Shown piece by piece: positions 1 to 9,017 of a DNA stretch of 64,000 bases. The notes below the pieces were generated by a model. The model was not told the DNA's origin and ran no database searches. It saw nothing but the letters and a program-made list of their open reading frames with translations. Source of the DNA: Gammaproteobacteria bacterium (GTDB taxonomy: Bacteria; Pseudomonadota; Gammaproteobacteria; Eutrophobiales; Eutrophobiaceae); assembly GCA_965222155.1 (NCBI GenBank), contig CBDCTH010000012.1, positions 3,296,001 to 3,360,000 of the forward strand. Direction: 5' to 3'. A program made the translations under genes and the position numbers. Each line of letters starts with the position of its first letter. Position 1 is the stretch's first letter.

Positions 1-1329
1 TGCCAATGGCCCGGGGGGCAGGATTGCGCCACCTGGCCCGAACGGTGCGCCGGTCAGGACACTGGTGGCATCGTAAAAATTGGCAAAGGAATCCCAGTCG
101 TTTTCCTTCTTGGAATTAAATGCACCGACAATCCACTCAAGCGAGCCTTCGTTGTTGGAGGTCACCCGCAGCTCGTGGGTCATGAACTCGGTTAACTCCG
201 GGCGATACAGGTCGAAGCCTACTTCGCTGGTCACGTCAAGGTCGGTGGTCCTGTAGCTTTCCGTGTCCGTATAGGAGCCCAGGTAGGTAACCGTCACCGG
301 CCCGGCGTCCCAGTTGAGTTCCCAGGTGCCGGCGTAGGTTTCACGGGTATGTCTGCCGGCAAACGTCAGTTCGCGCTCGCGACTGTAGGTCATGTTGTTC
401 GGTACTTCGACGCGCCAGTTATTATTGCCGACATCCCATTCGTTATAACGGACTGAACCGAAGAATTCGATAGTGTCCGTAATGTTGCCCAGTACGGAAA
501 CGCGCACCCCATTCTCTTCGCGCTCATTCGGTCGGCCGCGCCATTTTTCCGCAATGTCAGGAATCATACAGTTGGGAACAAATGGTCCGAACGGCGCAGC
601 GCAAGCGTTGTCGCTCGGCCAGAATCTGTTCGTTGTTCCCCCTCCCGGCAAGGGAATACTGGTGCTGTCCTCACCATTAAGCCGTGTAGGATCGCTTGCT
701 TTCAGGAATCCGTCGTCCTCTTCGTGATAACCAAAGATGCGAATCGCGAGTTTGTCCTCTATAAGAGGCATACCGACTGTGCCGGAAAAGTTGCGGGTAT
801 CCTGCTCACCCAGAGTTACCATCAGGTTCCCCACTTTTTTCTCCAGGTCCGGCCGTTTGGTAATGAACTTGATCGCTCCTCCCACATTGCTTCCTCCATA
901 CAACGTACCTTGCGGGCCCTTCAGGACTTCCATTCGCTCAAGATCACCGAATTTTGACGAGGCATCGGTAACGACTTGCACACCGTCCACAAAAAATCCC
1001 ACGCCCTGGGTATTGCCAAACGAGCCCACCCCGCGGATGGTTACATTGGGATAGCCGTCGGCGCGGGTCGTGAGGGTCAGGTTGGGTACGCGACCGCCGA
1101 TGTCATTAATCTGGTCGATATTGGCCATCTCAAGCTCGAAGCTTGACAGACTGGTAATCGATTCCGGAATCTCCTGCAAACTCTCTGAACGTTTACGCGC
1201 GGTCACCACGATTTCTTCAAGCGCCTGCGCTATGGCGTAACCGGGTATAAGGGCGCCACATAACGCCGTCAGAATGACAAGTCTGCCCGTCTTCAACAGG
1301 CTTTCGCCTTTATAGTTTTGATAGAACAT
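1..1329 (-). CDS. TonB-dependent receptor (5' part; runs off the window)
   Basis: Not in the ORF track. Manual translation from the ATG at 1329 gives a signal peptide, a TonB-box-like LEEIVVTARKRSESLQEIP, and plug motifs TIRGVG and ERMEVLKGPQGTLYGGSNVGGAIKFIT. Confidence 0.9.
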   Translation of the reverse strand, partial: MFYQNYKGESLLKTGRLVILTALCGALIPGYAIAQALEEIVVTARKRSESLQEIPESITSLSSFELEMANIDQINDIGGRVPNLTLTTRADGYPNVTIRGVGSFGNTQGVGFFVDGVQVVTDASSKFGDLERMEVLKGPQGTLYGGSNVGGAIKFITKRPDLEKKVGNLMVTLGEQDTRNFSGTVGMPLIEDKLAIRIFGYHEEDDGFLKASDPTRLNGEDSTSIPLPGGGTTNRFWPSDNACAAPFGPFVPNCMIPDIAEKWRGRPNEREENGVRVSVLGNITDTIEFFGSVRYNEWDVGNNNWRVEVPNNMTYSRERELTFAGRHTRETYAGTWELNWDAGPVTVTYLGSYTDTESYRTTDLDVTSEVGFDLYRPELTEFMTHELRVTSNNEGSLEWIVGAFNSKKENDWDSFANFYDATSVLTGAPFGPGGAILPPGPLA

Positions 1330-1610
1330 TGTTTTCCCCCTTGCCCCGCTCTTTTGGGACTGATCAGACTATATTTCGCATCAGTAAAATAATATGTGTA
1401 AAGGAATTCAATATCTTGTAGTACAGCGCAAACAGAACTTTCTCCTGATGCAACTAACTCAAGGGTTGGACAGATGAAATCAATTGATTTTCAGGACGGA
1501 GAATTGCGGTATTATCTGATAATTAACGAATGGACGAACTGTTGAATGCAAAGGAGATGGCGGTTATCTTCTGCCTGCAATCATGATCCCCTGAGCTTGG
1601 AGGAAAGCTG

Positions 1611-2078
1611 ATGAATATTCACAGATTAGCGCTTTTGATTATCCTGTTATGCGCATCTTCTCTGTGTGCCGGAGAGAAGCGTCACGGCCCCGAGGCCATT
1701 GAAATCAAGGTGAGTGTCGGTACTGCCGATGAAGAAATGAAGTTTGTCCCGGATACCTTTTCTTTTGAACGAGGCAAATACTACAAACTGGTGCTGCATA
1801 ACCCCAGTTCAGAGGAGCATTACTTTACCTCGGATGCACTCTCGACACATATCTTTACCAGAAAGGTGGAAGTCGCGGACAAGTCCGGCAAGACTGTCGC
1901 GGAAATACACGGCGATATTAACGATATCGAGCTTAAACCCGGCGCCACCGTCGAATGGTTTTTCTATCCCATGACAAAGGGGAGAAACCTGAAACTCTAT
2001 TGTCACAAGGACGGCCATGAGGAACAGGGCATGGCAGGAACGATCAATATCAGCGGCCCACCGCCGTTTAGTAAATAA
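1611..2078 (+). CDS. Exported cupredoxin-domain copper-binding protein
   Basis: Signal peptide; EHYF His and C-terminal YCHKDGHEEQGMAGTI (C-x4-H-x4-M type 1 copper ligands); GGAGG RBS. Confidence 0.8.
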   Translation: MNIHRLALLIILLCASSLCAGEKRHGPEAIEIKVSVGTADEEMKFVPDTFSFERGKYYKLVLHNPSSEEHYFTSDALSTHIFTRKVEVADKSGKTVAEIHGDINDIELKPGATVEWFFYPMTKGRNLKLYCHKDGHEEQGMAGTINISGPPPFSK

Positions 2079-2114
2079 TATGTGGCCGGAAATTCGGAAA
2101 CAGGAAGCAAACTA

Positions 2115-2145
2115 AGGAACCTCTGATTAAGTCTCAGAGGTTCCT
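2115..2145. repeat. 12-bp perfect inverted repeat AGGAACCTCTGA/TCAGAGGTTCCT (terminator or IS5-like end scar)
   Basis: Seen in sequence with a 7-nt loop, downstream of the cupredoxin gene. Confidence 0.5.
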
Positions 2146-2224
2146 GCGATACAGGGATGTATGGTCATGCAGTTGGTTTTACCCGACAAGTGGAAATATC
2201 TTCTACTGTGGAAGTATCTTCTAC

Positions 2225-2269
2225 TTGACTGAAAATCCCAATATGACTATAGTTATGACCATGGTCATA
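2225..2269 (+). promoter_or_regulatory. Sigma70 promoter and palindromic operator of the Phd/VapC operon
   Basis: TTGACT (2225-2230), 17 bp spacer, TATAGT (2248-2253); perfect palindrome TATGACCATGGTCATA (2254-2269); an 18-bp tandem duplication lies at 2190-2225. Confidence 0.75.
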
Positions 2270-2282
2270 TTAGGGTATTACT

Positions 2283-2510
2283 ATGAAAACTATCAAAGCA
2301 TCGGAATTTAAGGCCAAGTGTTTAGGAATAATGAACGAAGTCGCAGATACGGGGGAACCCGTCATAATTACCAAGAACAGTAAACCGATCAGCAAACTTG
2401 TTCCCTGTTACCAGAAACCCGCGTCATTATTTGGATTGCATCGCGGAATTATTAAAAGCCATGATGATCTGATTGCTCCCTCCGGTGATGTCTGGGATGC
2501 CGACCGTTGA
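2283..2510 (+). CDS. Phd/YefM family antitoxin
   Basis: MKTIKASEFKAKCLGIMNEV...GEPVIITKNSKP; 4-nt overlap with the PIN toxin. Confidence 0.9.
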   Translation: MKTIKASEFKAKCLGIMNEVADTGEPVIITKNSKPISKLVPCYQKPASLFGLHRGIIKSHDDLIAPSGDVWDADR

Positions 2511-2908
2511 TTATCCTTGATACCCATGCCCTCATATGGCTTGACGAGGGTAGTTCGCGTTTAGGAAAAAAATCCAGGGGGCTAATCGATGAGGGATTGG
2601 ATAACGAAATGCTTGTCGTCTCGGCAATTAGCTTCTGGGAAATCGCCATGCTCATTCAAAAGCAACGTCTCTCCCTGTTGACCCCGCTCTCACAATGGAT
2701 GCGGGACCTGTTGCAACAAGGGCTGCAGGAAGTCCCTGTGACTGGTGAGATTGGGATTATTGCTGCCGGAATACCAGGTTTTCATGGCGACCCGGCTGAT
2801 CGCCTTATTGTAGCGACAGCTATTTCCAATTCAGCAACACTGATTACTGCCGACGAAAACATACTGAACTGGAATGGCAATATACAACGCCACTGTGCTG
2901 CCAACTGA
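2507..2908 (+). CDS. vapC: VapC family PIN-domain toxin
   Basis: IILDTHALIW, SAISFWEI, HGDPADRLIVATA and LITAD motifs. Confidence 0.9.
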   Translation: MIILDTHALIWLDEGSSRLGKKSRGLIDEGLDNEMLVVSAISFWEIAMLIQKQRLSLLTPLSQWMRDLLQQGLQEVPVTGEIGIIAAGIPGFHGDPADRLIVATAISNSATLITADENILNWNGNIQRHCAAN

Positions 2909-2917
2909 TGGGTTAAG

Positions 2918-3646
2918 TCAGTTGGTTATATAAAGTTTGCCTCCAATTTCCACGCCCAGGTGGTTCGCCGCGCTGCCTCCGTTCACGGCGATTTCGATCA
3001 GTCCCTGTGAGTTGCGATACCAGAAGGCATTACCATGGGTGACAGATGCAAAAGTGTCGGCATAGGGGATATTGATCCCGTTTATCTGTATCACTCCGGT
3101 GCTTTCCAGCATTACAGCCCTGATCCCGGTCATGCAGTTGCCGAAGTGATCGATATAGATGACCTCGTTCAAATCATCCGGCCAGCCATGCCGGTCTTCC
3201 CAGCGTATTGCCGTACCGGGAATGTCTTTATTCCTGATCATTGCTGCCGTCGGAGCGTATAAATCGCGGCCATGAAAGCTGGCCGATAATGTTTCGGGCC
3301 GCCAGTCCAGACGCCAACATTCTACCTCCGAACTATGCCGACAAACGATATCGAAAAGACCGTTATCCGGCCCCAGATACCACTGCCCGTTCGCCTTGAG
3401 TACCACCGGCCGGTCCTGAAAACTGCCTACGCCGGGGTCAACCACGGAAAAGAAGATCGTCTCCGGTTCCGCGGTAAATGCCCGGCTGAACGCGAGCAGG
3501 AGATACGCCGAAGCCCTGGGGTTGTTACGCGGCGCATCGGCCAGCAGGTTGATCACGTTTTCTGCCGGGAGAATCCTGTGCAATACCGCTTGCACCTGTC
3601 CCAGGTAGGGGCCTTGTAAACCATAGTCCGTAAACAATACGATCAT
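2918..3646 (-). CDS. SAM hydroxide adenosyltransferase / SAM-dependent halogenase family (DUF62)
   Basis: LFTDYG, VVDPGVG, GPDNGL, SASFHGRDLYAP and YIDHFGN motifs; start re-assigned to MIVLFTD at 3646. Confidence 0.88.
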   Translation of the reverse strand: MIVLFTDYGLQGPYLGQVQAVLHRILPAENVINLLADAPRNNPRASAYLLLAFSRAFTAEPETIFFSVVDPGVGSFQDRPVVLKANGQWYLGPDNGLFDIVCRHSSEVECWRLDWRPETLSASFHGRDLYAPTAAMIRNKDIPGTAIRWEDRHGWPDDLNEVIYIDHFGNCMTGIRAVMLESTGVIQINGINIPYADTFASVTHGNAFWYRNSQGLIEIAVNGGSAANHLGVEIGGKLYITN

Positions 3647-3756
3647 TATTGTTTTAGCACGTGAGACTGTTCGCAGATAAAAAACCGGGTATCCTATATG
3701 TAAATTTATTATGGGCATATCCCCGCGTTAATTCAAACTGGAGACAGGCAAAACTT

Positions 3757-4371
3757 ATGGCGCAACAAAAAGCGACAAATGTACATTGGCATCACGGTGA
3801 TATTACCCGCGAGGACCGAAACAGGCTTTTGGGGCAGAAGGGGGCGACGCTCTGGTTTACGGGACTCTCAGCCAGCGGTAAGAGCACTATCGCCGTCGCG
3901 CTGGAGGCAGTCCTGTACGAACAAGGGAAGCTATGTTATCGACTGGACGGCGATAATATCCGTTTCGGGATAAATAAAAACCTCGGCTTCTCTGCAGAGG
4001 ATCGCGCTGAGAACATCCGGCGAATCGGTGAAATTGCCAAACTGTTTGTAGATTCGAGTTTGATTGTATTATCGAGTTTCATCAGTCCCTACCGGAAAGA
4101 CCGCGAGCAAGTACGGAAACTGCATGATGACGCCGATTTTAAATTCGTTGAGGTATTCGTCGATTGTTCGCTGGAGACGGCGGAACAACGTGACCCAAAA
4201 GGGTTGTATAAAAAAGCGCGGGCTGGGGAGATTAAGAATTTTACCGGGATTGACGATCCTTATGAAGCGCCGGAAAACCCGGAAATCCACTTGCATACTG
4301 ATCAAATGACGCTTGAGGAAGAGGTTGAAATAATCGTCGAATATATGAAGGAGAAAAGTATTATCAGTTGA
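3757..4371 (+). CDS. cysC: Adenylyl-sulfate kinase
   Basis: WFTGLSASGKST, LDGDNIR, RDPKGLYKKAR and FTGIDDPYEAP; start at MAQQ after GGAG. Confidence 0.95.
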   Translation: MAQQKATNVHWHHGDITREDRNRLLGQKGATLWFTGLSASGKSTIAVALEAVLYEQGKLCYRLDGDNIRFGINKNLGFSAEDRAENIRRIGEIAKLFVDSSLIVLSSFISPYRKDREQVRKLHDDADFKFVEVFVDCSLETAEQRDPKGLYKKARAGEIKNFTGIDDPYEAPENPEIHLHTDQMTLEEEVEIIVEYMKEKSIIS

Positions 4372-4417
4372 TGTCCGGCGAGTTGCTAAGATATGCCGGT
4401 TAAAAGTACGCTCGCCG

Positions 4418-5104
4418 TCAGACGATAAACTGCAAGACCTTATCCATATATCTATTGATAGTGGAGTAACAGGAAGTATCAACCCCAAGTATCTCCGCCT
4501 CGGTTTGCACGTAACGGGAGGGCTGTAATTCATCCCGGCAGTAGTGGGCAAGTGCGCGGGCGCTCACCGGTGTTGTTTCCAGGTGAAACTGCATGCCGAT
4601 CACCCGCCGGCCCAGTTGAAAAGCCTGGTTCTCACAGGCATGACTCCTGGCAAGCCGTATTGCCCCCACCGGCAGGTCGAAAGTCTCGCCGTGCCAGTGA
4701 AACACAAGCAGTTCTTCCGGGAAGGGGAATAAGTCTCCCGCGCCGCTCGTCGATTCTCCTGCAACAGGAAACCAGCCGATTTCTTTTTCCTTATTCGGGC
4801 GAACGGCGGCGCCCATAGCGTTGGCAATCAACTGCGCGCCCAGGCAAATACCGATAACGGCCTTGTCTTTCTCAATGGCCGTACGTATCAACTCCTTCTC
4901 CGCTACAAGCCAGGGAAAGTCTGCTTCATCGTTCACGCTCATGGGGCCGCCCATAATGACCAGTAAATCAAGGTCATCCACGGCCGGCAACGTCGGGTCC
5001 TCGAAGAGCCTGGTGCCTGTAGTCTCGGCATGGATAGATTGCAACCAGGAATCGATGTTGCCTAAACCCTCGAATGGGACGTGTTGCAGGTAATGGGCGC
5101 GCAT
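4418..5104 (-). CDS. Class I glutamine amidotransferase-like protein
   Basis: LQHVPFEG, MGGPMSV, GICLGAQ and QFHLE; start at MRAHY (5104). Confidence 0.88.
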   Translation of the reverse strand: MRAHYLQHVPFEGLGNIDSWLQSIHAETTGTRLFEDPTLPAVDDLDLLVIMGGPMSVNDEADFPWLVAEKELIRTAIEKDKAVIGICLGAQLIANAMGAAVRPNKEKEIGWFPVAGESTSGAGDLFPFPEELLVFHWHGETFDLPVGAIRLARSHACENQAFQLGRRVIGMQFHLETTPVSARALAHYCRDELQPSRYVQTEAEILGVDTSCYSTINRYMDKVLQFIV

Positions 5105-5108
5105 AAGG

Positions 5109-8100
5109 TTAGGAATAGACCCACTCCCGCCAGCCGCGCAGCAGTGGGAAGTACAGACCCAGGCGGATAGGTCTGTCATCCAGTGCGGACATGATGTCGG
5201 CGTATTTCTCTAACTGTTCCCGGTAGCGGTCCTGCTGGAGGTCCAGGAACCGGTCAACGTCCCCGGACTCATGGCGTGAGGTCTTGTAGTCAATAATCCA
5301 GCGGACGCCTTCCTTGTCGACAAAGGTTCGGTCGATGATGATATTCACGACGTCCCCCCGGTGGATGCCGCTGAGGGCGTGTTCGCTGGCTTGTTCCCGG
5401 TGGTAGGCCAGCAACCACTGTCCGCGCGGGTCTGTCAGTAATGCCATCAACGCTTGTTCCACCAGGTCGCAGGCCGTATCCAGTTCCGCATCAGGCACAT
5501 CCAGAACACGCAGGGATTCCCGGTAGTATTGCCGCCAACCGGTGATTTTTCCGGCGTTCCACTGGTCGATTCCCGCCGTTGCCATCACCTGTATGCACCG
5601 GTGTACGACGCTACCCACGTGCATGATGGTGCGTCCGGCCCATTGGTATTCAATCCTGCCGTTTTCAGTTTCGATGTCTCGCCGCTCTGCGCCAGGATCA
5701 GTCGCTTTGATCCAGTGCGCCGCAGGTGGTGGTGCAGGCAACTGCCAATCCGCGCTCAGGCGTCGCAAGGGTGCGGCTTGAACCTCGGCAGGTGACGCCG
5801 TCTCTCCGTCCACCGGCGGCCGGTTTTCCAGGTGTGTCCGGAAACACTCCTCAACGACAGGCCATAACTGCGCCAGCAAGGTGTTGTCCGGGGGCTTTGT
5901 CAAGTCGCCGTCTTTGTTCTCCTCCGCGCTGCCGATCAGGTGCAGTTGTTTACGCGCCCGGGTGGCCGCCACGTACAATAAGCGTCCCTCCTCGTGGTGT
6001 TGCTTTTTCTTCTCCAGACTCCTGATGAAATCGTAGATAGGTGAAAAGTCCTCGTGGCTTGCCTTGACGGGCGCCAGCAACAGGTCGGAGTGATCCTGGT
6101 GTGGGCTTTCCGACCAGAGTAGCAACTGTGTATCGTCACTGCGACTACGCTTGGACAGGCCGGGCAGGATCACATGGTCGAATTCCAGCCCCTTGGCTTT
6201 ATGGATGGACATGACCTGAAGGGAATCATCGGCCCGGACATCGGCGCTTGCATACAGGGTATCCACTCGGTCGATGAACTCATCCCTGCTACCCAGGTCG
6301 CCGCCCACATCCAGTTCATCCAGCAGGTCAAAAAAAGTGTTGGCGTTGTGCAAATCGGTGGCTGAATCCAGGGTGGCCGGGCCACCCAGGTTAAGCCAGA
6401 CACCCTCGACCCAGCGTCGCAGCGGCATTCTGCCCTGCCGTGTGAACGCCTCTTCAAGAACAGGGCATAACCGGTCCAGTTGGCGCTGAGCGTCCGCGCT
6501 TGGTATTTCTCGCCTGCCTTTATCTTGCAGGCAATGCCAGATGGTTTCATCCTTCGCATCCGCCGTCAGGGCCAGGAGGTCCTCCAGGCGCAGCCCGCAC
6601 CAGGGCGCGCGCAGCAGGGCCAGCCAGGCGACCCGGTCGGCCGGGTGGTGCAGGGCGCGGGTCAACGCCATCAGGTCCTGGATGACGGGCCGAGTCGCCA
6701 GTCGCTCAATTTCGATGGCCCGAAAAGGCAGCCCGGACCTGGCCAGCATGGCTGTAATAGATTGCAGGTGGGGGCGGCTCCGTACCAGTATGGCAATGCT
6801 CTCCGGTTTCGGCGCGTTCAACCGGATTGTCTTGACCTGTTCCAGCACCAGCGCCGCTTCCAGCTCGTCATCCCGACCCAATATGGGGTGTATCTGTACC
6901 CTGTTTTCTGCTTTGTGCGGATGATGTGCGTCCGCCGCTGTGAAACTGACCGCGCCGCGGGCCGCGTCCGACTTGTCCGGCAGCGCCTCCCTGAATGCCC
7001 TGTTGACCCAATCCACAAGGTTCTTGTCGGAACGAAAGTTGACCTCGATATTCACCGGTTCAACCGGCACTTGTCCCAGTCGTTGTTGCTCCCAGGTAGC
7101 CAGGAATACGCCCACCTCGGCGTCCCGGAAGCGGTAGATGGACTGCATGGGGTCGCCCACCAGGAACAGGCTGTGACCATCTTCCGGAGCCCAGCCGGCG
7201 GTCAACTTCTCCAGCAATTTACCCTGGTTGATGGAAACGTCCTGGTACTCATCCACCAGGATATGACGGATCCGGTAATCCAGGTACAACGCAAGGTCGG
7301 TGGGGCTGTCCTCATTGCCCAATGCCCGGAGAGCCGCCAGGGAGATCCCGGTAAAATCCACCTGGTTGCGCTCGGCAAACAGCAGGTACAATTGCGCGTT
7401 GGCCAGCACCAGTAATTTGTATAAAGCCTCGAGCACCCGCCATTCCTCGTCGCTGTAGCCGGGCGGAGGCAGTCCGCGTATTTCCAGGAACAGTTCCTGT
7501 AATCGTTCATTATCCGCGCACCGGCTTAACAGGGATTGAAACCGGTGTTTCATGTCCTTGCCGGTATCACCCGGCGGGAATCCTTCGTTGACACTCAGCC
7601 GTTTACGCCAGTCACCTTTCCCGGTCAGACACAGGGAGATTATGAATTGCCAGCGCCGGAGATCAGTGGCGCCGGCGCCGGGTAATTCCTCGATAATGTA
7701 TGGCGACTCCGTAAGGTTCTGCGTGGCGAAACGAAGGCAGTCTGTAAATTCCGGCAAGAATTCCTGGGGCAAAGCCTCCAAAACATAATCCAGTGTTGTC
7801 TCTACAATATGTCTGAGGGCGCCCTCCAGGATCTTGCGGTCAGGACGTTGCCCCACCAGGTGACGGAGCCACTGGTCCCGTTTGCGCAGCATACCAGCCA
7901 GCATGTCCCTGGTCCGTGGCAGGTCGTTATCCAGGTGTTCCAGCAGCGCTTCAACAACATCGCTCCAACCCGCGTTGCTGCCCGGTTGCCCCCCATTCTC
8001 CGAAGCGCCGTCGTCCAGTTGCTTCAGAGTATTGGCCGCCGCCTCCCGATACAGGTCTTCGGCGTCCTCAATGACCTCCGGTTGCCCCCCCAGCTTCGAC

Positions 8101-8516
8101 AACAGGGGCATTTGCCGGGTCAACACGGCGCAGAAGGAATCGATGGTCTGAATCCTCATGCGGGCGGGATTACGCGTCAGTTGCCAACCTAGTTCCTTAT
8201 CTCTGTTCAGTACCAGGATGGCCAGTTGTCGACGGGCCTGTGCATTGGTGTCCTGATTATTGCTGTTACCGGCTTGCGTAGACTCCGCAGATTCCAGCGC
8301 CTCAATAATCCTGTTACGCATCTCGGCAGCCGCCTTGCGGGTGAAGGTGATGGCAACGATCTCTTCCGGCGAATCAACGACTGTAAGCAGGCGCAGGTAA
8401 CGCCGGACCAGCAATTCGGTCTTCCCGGAACCGGCCGGCGCCTGGACGATAAAGGACAGATCCGGGGCTAATACCCGTGTACGGATTTCCTGGTCGGCCG
8501 GCCTGATTTCAGTCAT
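5109..8516 (-). CDS. addA: AddA-like UvrD helicase / PD-(D/E)xK nuclease
   Basis: QAPAGSGKT, VDEYQD, VGDPMQSIYRFR, SIHKAKGLEFD, YVAATRA and C-terminal IDR...IIDYKT. Start placed at MTEIRP; the ORF-track extension is repeat DNA. Confidence 0.9.
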   Translation of the reverse strand: MTEIRPADQEIRTRVLAPDLSFIVQAPAGSGKTELLVRRYLRLLTVVDSPEEIVAITFTRKAAAEMRNRIIEALESAESTQAGNSNNQDTNAQARRQLAILVLNRDKELGWQLTRNPARMRIQTIDSFCAVLTRQMPLLSKLGGQPEVIEDAEDLYREAAANTLKQLDDGASENGGQPGSNAGWSDVVEALLEHLDNDLPRTRDMLAGMLRKRDQWLRHLVGQRPDRKILEGALRHIVETTLDYVLEALPQEFLPEFTDCLRFATQNLTESPYIIEELPGAGATDLRRWQFIISLCLTGKGDWRKRLSVNEGFPPGDTGKDMKHRFQSLLSRCADNERLQELFLEIRGLPPPGYSDEEWRVLEALYKLLVLANAQLYLLFAERNQVDFTGISLAALRALGNEDSPTDLALYLDYRIRHILVDEYQDVSINQGKLLEKLTAGWAPEDGHSLFLVGDPMQSIYRFRDAEVGVFLATWEQQRLGQVPVEPVNIEVNFRSDKNLVDWVNRAFREALPDKSDAARGAVSFTAADAHHPHKAENRVQIHPILGRDDELEAALVLEQVKTIRLNAPKPESIAILVRSRPHLQSITAMLARSGLPFRAIEIERLATRPVIQDLMALTRALHHPADRVAWLALLRAPWCGLRLEDLLALTADAKDETIWHCLQDKGRREIPSADAQRQLDRLCPVLEEAFTRQGRMPLRRWVEGVWLNLGGPATLDSATDLHNANTFFDLLDELDVGGDLGSRDEFIDRVDTLYASADVRADDSLQVMSIHKAKGLEFDHVILPGLSKRSRSDDTQLLLWSESPHQDHSDLLLAPVKASHEDFSPIYDFIRSLEKKKQHHEEGRLLYVAATRARKQLHLIGSAEENKDGDLTKPPDNTLLAQLWPVVEECFRTHLENRPPVDGETASPAEVQAAPLRRLSADWQLPAPPPAAHWIKATDPGAERRDIETENGRIEYQWAGRTIMHVGSVVHRCIQVMATAGIDQWNAGKITGWRQYYRESLRVLDVPDAELDTACDLVEQALMALLTDPRGQWLLAYHREQASEHALSGIHRGDVVNIIIDRTFVDKEGVRWIIDYKTSRHESGDVDRFLDLQQDRYREQLEKYADIMSALDDRPIRLGLYFPLLRGWREWVYS

Positions 8517-8550
8517 CCGGCAGCCTGTCAATATTGTTTTGATAATTACG

Positions 8551-8979
8551 TGACTCGGCACACTGACGAATACCAGCATCCATACGTGACCCATCATACC
8601 GACGAATACCTGCATCCATACGTGACCCGTCATACTGACGAATACCAGCATCCATACGTGACCCGTCATACCGACGAATACCAGCATCCATACGTGACTC
8701 GGCACACTGACGAATACCAGCATCCATACGTGACCCGTCATACCGACTTGCATCCATACGTGACCCGTCATACCGACTTGCATCCATACGTGACCCGTCA
8801 TACCGACTTGCATCCATACGTGACCCGTCATACCGACTTGCATCCATACGTGACCCGTCATACCGACTTGCATCCATACGTGACCCGTCATACCGACGAA
8901 TGCCTGCATCCAGTCGATTAAATGATTCCTTATAAGGAAGTGTTATTTGACTGGATTCTGGCATTCTCCAGAATGACGG
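8551..8979. repeat. Tandem array (5x36 bp + 5x30 bp + 1 unit) amplified from the left arm of a GTCAT..ATCCAG REP-like doublet
   Basis: Units tgacccgtcataccgac(gaatacca/tt)gcatccatacg at 8551-8912. The last unit (8885-8915) is an inverted repeat of 8949-8979 (25/31 match). Confidence 0.9.
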
Positions 8980-9017
8980 TTGGTCGCTATACGGTTGGCC
9001 ACGCCTTGATGGTTGTT

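Noticed and set aside
473-1054. Short + strand ORFs here, and the many antisense ORFs across the window
   Set aside because: They are shadow frames of well-supported genes on the opposite strand in GC-rich DNA.
8517-8909. N-terminal (MQVGMTGHVW)n extension of AddA given by the ORF track
   Set aside because: It is a translation of the DNA repeat; AddA-like sequence begins at MTEIRPADQ (8516).
8551-8912. Tandem array as a CRISPR array for the type I-G system
   Set aside because: The units are contiguous with no unique spacers, it lies ~49 kb from the cas genes, and it derives from a REP arm.
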